Part shown: piece after piece, positions 56,401-64,000 of the stretch | Numbering within the stretch: the first letter of the stretch is position 1 | Layout: each line of letters opens with the position of its first letter | DNA from: Pelomyxa schiedti | Taxonomy: Eukaryota > Protista > Evosea | DNA length: 64,000 nt | Reading direction: 5' to 3' | Assembly (NCBI GenBank): GCA_020536535.1 | Contig: JAHLWZ010000197.1 | Location: 64,637 to 128,636 of the forward strand | The notes under the pieces: model-generated | Told to the model about the DNA's origin: nothing | Seen by the model: only the letters and a program-made list of their open reading frames with translations | Databases searched by the model: none | Program-made: the position numbers and the translations under genes

Positions 56401-56664
56401 TGGGTTGGTCTTGCTCTTGTTCCACTCGTCAAACTCGTTGAGCAGCGTGATCACCTGCCGGGTGAAATTCTTGTCCGGAAGTGGTGAGTGCAAGGGCGAC
56501 GGCAAGTTGGGCTCTTCCGGTGGCAATGACGCGATGTAGTTGCCTATCCCGTCCTTTATCGCCACCCCAAGTAGCGCATTCAGTTGCGCTGCGGCGTCGT
56601 CGGGCCCGGTCGTTGATCCTTTGGGACGACCCATCAGACGGCCGAGAAACGGGATGTAATCCAT
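50403..56664 (-). CDS. Unit D: RNF213-like N-arm + coiled coil + protein kinase fusion
   Basis: Starts MDYIPFLGRLMG.., paralogous to unit A. The junction intron 52506-52546 is in frame only with a GC donor. Kinase ORF 50403-52472 is intact. Confidence 0.82.
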
Positions 56665-57003
56665 GCTCTGGTTTGGCGAGGTGACTTCGTGTAGCTGTAG
56701 TTCTAATCACTGATGTATTTCTGGGAAAACTAGGAGTAGATTCTCCTAGTTTAGTGCCCGCGCAAGGCGGGAACAACATTGTAGTTGCTCAAGCAACCAA
56801 GTAGTCAACAATATACTTGTTTGTATTCGGGCTTCTTTCTCCCTTACACAAGTAAAACAACAACCATCAACCCCAGCACACTCACAGGGGAGCTGTGTGC
56901 TTTGTTAGCCAGTGGAACATTTTGCTGAAGACAGCTTAGGGTTTTCCATGCCGCAAAGCTGATGCCATCTGGTCCTGGGGCTGATTTGGATTTGAAGGAG
57001 AGA

Positions 57004-57124
57004 GCATATCTGGATCAGTGGGCGGTGATTTTTTTCCCTATCAAAAAGTGTATCATCACCGCCCAAAATCACCGCCCGGGCGGTGATTTTGGGCGGTGAT
57101 GATGCACTTTTTGCAGTCAAATCT
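57004..57124. repeat. Palindromic (foldback/MITE-like) element, copy 1, truncated by the gap
   Basis: 36-bp arms at 57042-57077 and 57078-57113 with one mismatch and no loop. Built from GGCGGTGAT units. A second copy starts at 63700. Confidence 0.85.
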
Positions 57125-57224
57125 NNNNNNNNNNNNNNNNNNNNNNNNNNNNNNNNNNNNNNNNNNNNNNNNNNNNNNNNNNNNNNNNNNNNNNNNNNNN
57201 NNNNNNNNNNNNNNNNNNNNNNNN
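57125..57224. other. Assembly gap (100 N)
   Basis: Run of 100 N. Compared with unit D, about 410 bp of kinase 3' sequence is missing, so the true gap is longer if unit E is intact. Confidence 0.99.
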
Positions 57225-60200
57225 TGATGACCTGTTTCGGGAGTATCAGAAGTGCACTGCAAGTGAGGAGTGCCTCACGTGAATTGGGGCGTCGGGTGCA
57301 CTCGCGCTCAAGGAGCCACCCAACAAGCCCGGAGACCAAAGCGGGCGAGATTGTGGGATCGGTGTGGGTGTCATGTGTGAGGGAGGAGCAGTCTGGGACG
57401 ACGGGAGGGAGTGTGGTGTCTCGGATAAGGTTGTTGTTCACCTGGTTCTCATTGGTGAATGGATGCCGGCCGGAAACGACCTCGTAGAGAACACACCCGA
57501 CAGCCCACACATCGTTCTTGAGAAGTGGGAATTCTCGTTCTGCTTGTATCACTTCAGGTGACCGGTTTTCAGCATTCCCAGTGAATGTTTCACCCTTGGG
57601 CAAAACCAGAGGGTTCCCGTCTTCGCAGAACACGGCAGTTCCGAGGTCGCATAGAGCCCAGATGTTTCCTTTGATGTGTGGCCTCTCCATCAGGAGGATG
57701 TTGTCGGGCTTGATGTCACAGTGGAACCACCCTCGTGTGTTGAGGTGATCAACTGCACACAGCACGCAGAACGCAAGCTGGAGCACATCCTTTGATTGAC
57801 AAAGTGGATGATGCTGGTTCTGGGGAGACATGGACTGCAGTTGCTGTGATGTTGGGACAGTGGGCAACACTTCTTCAGTTTGTTGCTCGATGCTGGCGAT
57901 TCTTGAAGAAATGAGGGACTCCAATGTACACTTTCCCAGTTCCATTGTCATGAAAGTCGTTCGTTGGTAAACTGCAATGGCTCTTCGACTGTCGCGGCAC
58001 CCTGAGACCCAATTGCGGTTCGAATCCACAATTGTGTAGTTACCTCTCAAAGACTCCTCAATCAGAGTGATTAAAGAGTCACCACGGAAATGGTTGAATA
58101 CATTTGTGAAGCACCAATGTGGGTTTATCACCGAGACTTCGTATTCTCTTTCAAACTCTGTCCTCAGTTGGAGGGTCCTTGTGCCAGCACTGTAATTGAA
58201 CATCATCTTCAACGCCACCTCTGTCGGAGCACTGTGGGCTCCACTACTACGCAGCCACTTGGGAAGAACAACAGGAACTTTGCACACAGTCCCAAATGAG
58301 CCGTTGGCAATAAAGGTTGCTCTTGTCAGGTCAAGTTCGTTCAGTTCCGCAAGTGCCATCACTCCTTTCTGGAACCCACAGATAGCTACTTCCAGGTTAT
58401 GTGCATCTATGGTGTAGGTATGTTCTAGTGCCCTCATTTCCATGATGAGAGATTCATTCCTTGCAGTGTTAAACTCAGATTCTTGTTGCTGCAGTGGACT
58501 GTGCATCTTCTCAAGTGCCTTTCTTTGCTGTTGTAGAGAAATTTCTTTTTCCAATTCAGTTGCTTTCTTTTGTTGCTCAAGTGCATTATGCTTCTCGGTT
58601 GTAAGCATAAGCTCCTGTTTCCTAAGAGCCCCTTGCAGTTCCGCTTCGAGTTCACTTCTTTGTTGATGCAAAGCCTTTTCTTTTTCCACTTCAAGTGCGA
58701 TTTTTTGTTTTTCAAGAGCGTCGCGCTTCTCAGTGTTAAGCAGCACTGACAATTGTGTGAGTGCACACTCCTTTTCACGGTTGTGGTTGGCAGCCTGCTC
58801 ATCAAGAGCGTTACACAAAGTTTTTTGCTGTCGAAGCTTGTCAGAAAATGCAACACGGTTTTGCTCCCCCATAAGCGGGAGTAAATGGGACAGAATGTCC
58901 TCAAGCTAAAATGGTGAGAAATTGTTGTTTTACAGCTGACCTGCCTGTTTCTTTACTTTGGAAAAGTGTAGTGGACACATTTTCAGTGAAACTTGAGAGG
59001 TGGTCAGGGAGTGATGCAAATCTGCCAAGTCCTTGGCTGTTTCACTACATAACTCGAATTGCTTGCAACAGTAGACAGCAGGAGGAATGAAATCCAAGTA
59101 TTGAAAAAGAGTGAGGCCTTCTTGGAGGAAATGCTCCAAGTCAAATGACGATTCGTCACCCAACTCGAAAAAGTACTGAGTTCTATAGTGTTCATTAGGG
59201 TAAATGTTTTGCTGCTTACGTGGGGTCAGATGTTGTGCAATACATCAAGCACACACATAATTAGGAATTCGGCAGCGATTCCTCGGTTCTCTGCTGCTTT
59301 TTGTATGTCTCTTATCTGTGTTGGAACGTTAACTGATGACCACTCATTGAGGCTTATTTGTCAAATCACAACCTGGCTGAGCCTTAGGTTACCAGTCTGA
59401 AGTTGCTTCAAATCAGCTGTAACTGCAGATAGAATTTCTTCAAGGGAATCTGGGGGCACTTCCTTATTTCCCTGAAAGATACAAATGTGCAACCCTTAAA
59501 AACAGGAAGGAAATTATACATAGTTCTTTCTCGCGAAGTCTGTGAACAAAAACTCAAAGAAAGCACTGTCGTTCACCAAGAAGTATTTCAACTGTTTTTT
59601 GTGGAAATTTTGCGAGCTGGGACAAACAACGCGAAACGAATGGGGAAAATACAGCATTTAATGGCTGGTCACGCAATGGAATTGCCTGGCAAAGCTCAAT
59701 GCAACACTGTTCAAGGTCACATAATGTTTCGCTCTGGTTTTTTAAAATATCGTCGCATATGAGATGAGAGGAACTAGTGCCGAGCGGTACATTGACATCG
59801 GCGGTGACGGGGCCGAGGTGAACTCTTCCTTTTTGTTCAAGCCAATCCCGCACAATGCGCAGGTGGTGGAGCTGCTCTTTGAACTTCAGGAACTGACAGT
59901 AAACCTGTCCCATGTCCGGCAAATTCACATGTGGGAACAGTTCCTTGCATATCTCAACAAGTTGATCATATTGTGTGCGTTCCATTTTCGATGGCCTTCC
60001 TGTTTGTGCGATGTGGTGATGTGATTGTTGTCCGCTCTGATAACGCACTGGTGCTCCAGTAGATGTTTTGCTTGGTGTGTTGGGGGTGTCGCTTTGTATA
60101 GGTCTATCATCGTAAGAGGAAAGGAATTGAAGGTACCAAAGAGAGTACACATACAGCTGTTGTTCACCAGCAAAAGCTTTTACCTCCTGTAGGGTCACTC

Positions 60201-63200
60201 GTTTGTTGCAGATTCTGTCAACTTGTTCTTGGATGGTGTCATAAAACTGAACTTTACAGTGAGTTGTTTGTTGGGTTTAGTGTGGAGTGATCTCACCTCT
60301 TGGCACCCTGTCTCATAGTTTTTGAAAAAAGGGTGTTCTAGGTTCAAGTCTTTGAGTTGAAACAAGGACAGAACAGATGGAGTGAGCTTCATGACTTCAT
60401 CAACCACCATCATGCACCTTGGGCAAACACTTTCCATCAAAACTGCAATGACAATCGAACTCTCTCTCTCCTTTTTTGAGAGGCGGGAGAGGTGTGGTTT
60501 GACCCAGTCTCCAAGTGCACAAAGCTGTGCTGATATTGATTTCCCTGGTGGTGTTTCGATGCTGTTCGAGAATATAAGTATGCCCACACAACGTGTGGTC
60601 AACATGAAGAAACAAGAGCATATTGTGTTGAGGAAAAGAAAAAATAGAGATGCAATACTTGACAAGAAGAGAGGCTGGAGAAAGAAGAAAAAGAAAAGTG
60701 AGGGAAAAAGAATTGAACAAATGATGATGAGATACCAAAAGTCTTGAGCATGAGAAGGAACAGTGGTGACTGACTTTGATCGAGTTTTTCCATTTCAAGC
60801 TGGAACAATGACCTCACGGTGTTGGTAAATTGCCGTGACAGTGGTTTCACATCAACCTGGTTTCCTTGAGATAAAAAGAAAAAAAAACAGTGGGAAGAGG
60901 AAGGGTCAACTCACATCTTTCATTATATCTTTCAATACTGCAATGTCACGATCATCCTCAAACGAAAACAGGTTTGAGTATTCAGGGCAGTAAAGTGAAA
61001 CCCGGATGAATGGAACAATGTTTCTGTGTGTATTGCATTGATAAATAGAAAGAAATGAGGGGGTCAGTGCCACACTCACATGAAACTGCACCTGAATGAC
61101 TTGTAGAGCAAGTCACGCAATGGGAGGAATTTAACTCTGGGATCACCAGACTGTGGATCGAAGTTGTGTCGGGAAACAAGTATTTGGGCATATTTGTCCA
61201 ACACCCAACCAATTTGAAGTGGTTCCCACGCATTTGCATGCCTCTCCAAGACGCTTCGGAGAATTTGGAGTTCAAGGAACTTGATTGGGATCCTGTCACC
61301 ATTATAAGAGTGGAGAAACCAAGAAAGGGGAGGAGAATACTGCTTCAGCTCTGCAAACGTGCAAGGTGGCGTTGTTTGGAAAAAATGAGCCACTGAGGCA
61401 TCAAAGAACTTGAGAGTGTCTTCTGACAGAGTTGATCTGACAGCCTCAAGTCCATATTGGAGTGTTCTCTGGAGAGGGAGAAGCAAACAATAATATTATC
61501 ATGAAAAATGGTCTCCTCCTCCACATTTTTTTTTGTTTCACTGAAGACAGAGAACAAACCTCCAAAAAAGGGGCAGTGAGAGACTGCTTCTGTGGTCTAA
61601 GAGTGAGACATGAGGAACAGGGAAAAAAAAGTAGAAACCACAAACAGATCTTCCAGACCAGCAGCCAATGTGACCCACTCCAACCAATACCACCACAGTC
61701 CCATCCTCTGTGCATTGCCAGTCTCTCCTTGTCTCAGAGAAGGGCATGTGAGGTTGAGCAAGTCATAGTAACACTTGCTCAGGTCCTGAACAAAAATAAA
61801 TAATGGTGGTGAGTTCCGGAAACGGTGGGTTGGGAGATGAGGAAAAAAAGATGATTGGAAGAGACAAACCCGAATTACATCAGTGTTCCCTTCGGGAATG
61901 GAAAATCCACCAGGACAAATCGAACAAACGCTTTTCACAACAAGATCACGTGTTGCCTCTGCACTTTCGCGGTCTGCACCTCCGATTTCCCTCTCAAAGA
62001 GCTTGACAGCGCCTTGCAACACACTCAGTGACACCTGTGGTGGCATCTTTGCTGAGAGTTGTTTGTAAAGAACTGGTGGTCTGAACTCCCCCACAATTTG
62101 TGAGATGAAACATATGTGCAAGCATGAAAAAATACTTGTTGAAAAAATCCACAAGAAGAATCGAAGAACTTCGTGAGAAGAATTGATCCTGGACAAAACT
62201 GTTCCATGTGTACACAAGCTGTTCCCCACACAAGTTAAGCACAGAGTAAAATACAAGAAGAAAAAAGGGGTCCACCTGGTTCTCATTTTGAATCCCTTTT
62301 AGGAAAAGCAATGTCAAATGCAAGATCTGAAGCTGAAGCTCACGTTGTGGCTGTTTGTTGTGTTGTCAAGTGAGAAGTGGAAAACAAGTAAGGATAGATA
62401 CAGTCAGAAATGTGCGTTGAAGAAGAGCAGCACTTGAACACCGGGAAGATAAAAGACGCAAAATGAGGTCAAAAAGAGAAGGATCGTCTTGTTGAAGTAC
62501 TTTCAATGACTGCCATAACGTGTGAATACTATAATAACGGTGATATAAAATCATACAGCCACGATCGTATCATCTTTCGCTCTCACCATGGCCTCATCAG
62601 GTGATGGAGAACGAAAAATGGAATCACAAATTTGACTCGCAACTTCGTTTAGAATTTCGAGACCAGCTTCCCTGTCCTGAATCTTCCCAATATCAAGTTC
62701 CCTGGAGGAAAGAAAGGAACGTTAAGACCATTGATAGAGTCAGCACTAACAAGAACTCATTATGTGAAACACATCAACAGGGGGGTAAGAAAGACAACTC
62801 GAGGAGCCTCAGCAGCATGTAAATGTAAAACGGAGCGTTATCAAACAAGTAACTTTCGTATCGGGATCCAAAACCCGGTAATATCGTCAATTCTCTTACG
62901 CCCTTCAATAACCCCCCGACGATCCTTGACACGTGGTCTCCGAATTGCGGGTTTGCCCTGATCCTGTTCCATTCGTCAAATTCGTTGAGCAGCGTGATCA
63001 CCTTCCGGGTGAAATTATTGTCCAGAAGCACCGGCGCCATGAACGATTGGTTGCGTTGCTCCTGCGGCGGCGGAAGCGACGCGACGTACTTGCCCACGGC
63101 TTCGGGGATCACCGCCCCAAGCAACCCGTGCAGTTGCGTTGCGGCGTCGTCGGGCCCCGTCGAGCATTTTTTTCGGCCCATTAGACGCCCTATCAACGGT

Positions 63201-63211
63201 AAGTAGTCCAT
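57225..63211 (-). CDS. Unit E: RNF213-like N-arm + coiled coil + protein kinase fusion, 3' end lost in the gap
   Basis: Starts MDYLPLIGRLMG.. with N-arm exons. The junction intron 58906-58944 needs a GC donor. The kinase is nearly identical to unit D up to ..ILPKQVI at the gap. Confidence 0.8.
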
Positions 63212-63699
63212 CGTTGCCTTTCCGTTTGTTCTGGTTTTTGTTTGCCGCTGTTATGATACCGTAAACAGCTGGAGTTTTAAGACGTGCATGGTGCCTTCCT
63301 TCTGAAATGAGGCGTTTTTTGAAGATACCACTGCGGCGAGTGCCTTTTGAAGAGCTAAAGAAGATCATACGCAACCCCTCGCCACAACCACCATCAAAAA
63401 ATTGGAGTTTGGAGGTGGAGGGCTCTTTACACTTGGCGGGGTTCGCGATTTTGCGGTTGGAACTTGGGGAGAGAAAACAGAAAAACAAACAAAAATAACG
63501 GGTGTGTTGGTGACACCATGCTGGTGACATCATGTCAATGTGGGTGTTGCGGAAGTACAACGTGGTGGTGGGAGTGGAGCTGACAATCAAGCCCACAGTT
63601 GTCCAATCACTCTTTACTCCATGCCACTCATCTTCCCTTTAGATGACCTAGTCCAGAGGACCACATTCATTTCTGGCAGCTTGGCCACTGGTATGGGGG

Positions 63700-63890
63700 G
63701 CATATCTGGATCAGTGGGCGGTGATTTTTTTCCCTACAAAAAGTGCATCATCACCACCCAAAATCACCACCTGGATCAGTGGGTGGTGATTTTGGGCGGT
63801 GATGATGCACTTTTTACAGTCAAATCAGATCACCGCCTGGGCAGTGGCCGAGCACATAAGCCAGTCAGTAAAATCACCACCCTGGGTTAA
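63700..63890. repeat. Palindromic (foldback/MITE-like) element, copy 2
   Basis: gcatatctggatcagtgggcggtgat..cagtcaaatc matches 57004-57123 in the same orientation. Arms at about 63738-63771 and 63782-63815 with a 10-nt loop. More ATCACCRCC units continue to about 63886. Confidence 0.85.
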
Positions 63891-64000
63891 CCACAAGAAA
63901 AAAACTTTTTTTTATGTTGCTCTTAATCTAACTCAATATTTAACAGTGCTGACAGGCCAGTTAAAGCCACTATTTGTCGCAATAAGCACTCCCAAGTGTT

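Noticed and set aside
56727-56752. Small hairpin aaactaggag-N6-ctcctagttt upstream of unit D
   Set aside because: A single 10-bp stem not seen upstream of the other units; insufficient support for function.
57051-57105. ATCACCGCC motif resembles a phage lambda operator half-site
   Set aside because: Short match in a eukaryotic repeat with no phage context; coincidence.
56905-57224. C-terminus of the 655-aa kinase ORF reading through Ns into DLTAKSASSPPK..
   Set aside because: Artefact of translating across the 100-N gap into the palindromic element. Insertional disruption of unit E cannot be concluded.
63700-63890. Short repeats as a possible CRISPR array
   Set aside because: Units occur in both orientations with no regular unique spacers and no cas genes, and the DNA is eukaryotic.

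Overview
Gene-dense eukaryotic DNA with many short (~40-60 nt) spliceosomal introns. The style suggests an amoebozoan protist such as an archamoeba, but the taxon is inferred. The first 15 kb holds a dynamin-related GTPase, a CpG-stripped repeat relic with a 145-bp inverted repeat, a MINPP-type histidine phosphatase, three unknown genes, and a convergent pair of bacterial-type enzymes with introns (nitroreductase, M3 peptidyl-dipeptidase). An ~18-kb minus-strand gene (15344-33620) encodes an RNF213/mysterin-like giant AAA+ protein with no visible RING or RZ finger. After three small genes (zinc knuckle, PLAC8, SUMO-like) comes the main finding. Four head-to-tail genes (38074-63211) each copy the ~1000-aa N-terminal arm of the RNF213-like gene. 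At the same phase-0 intron, each swaps the whole AAA+ body for a 15-residue-repeat coiled coil plus an intronless non-RD kinase with PINK1-like motifs. The copies are recombinant mosaics. Two carry tandem GC/GT splice donors that could switch between arm-kinase and arm-only products. A palindromic element lies upstream of two copies. A 100-N gap hides the 3' end of the last kinase. A defence or ubiquitin-signalling role is a hypothesis.
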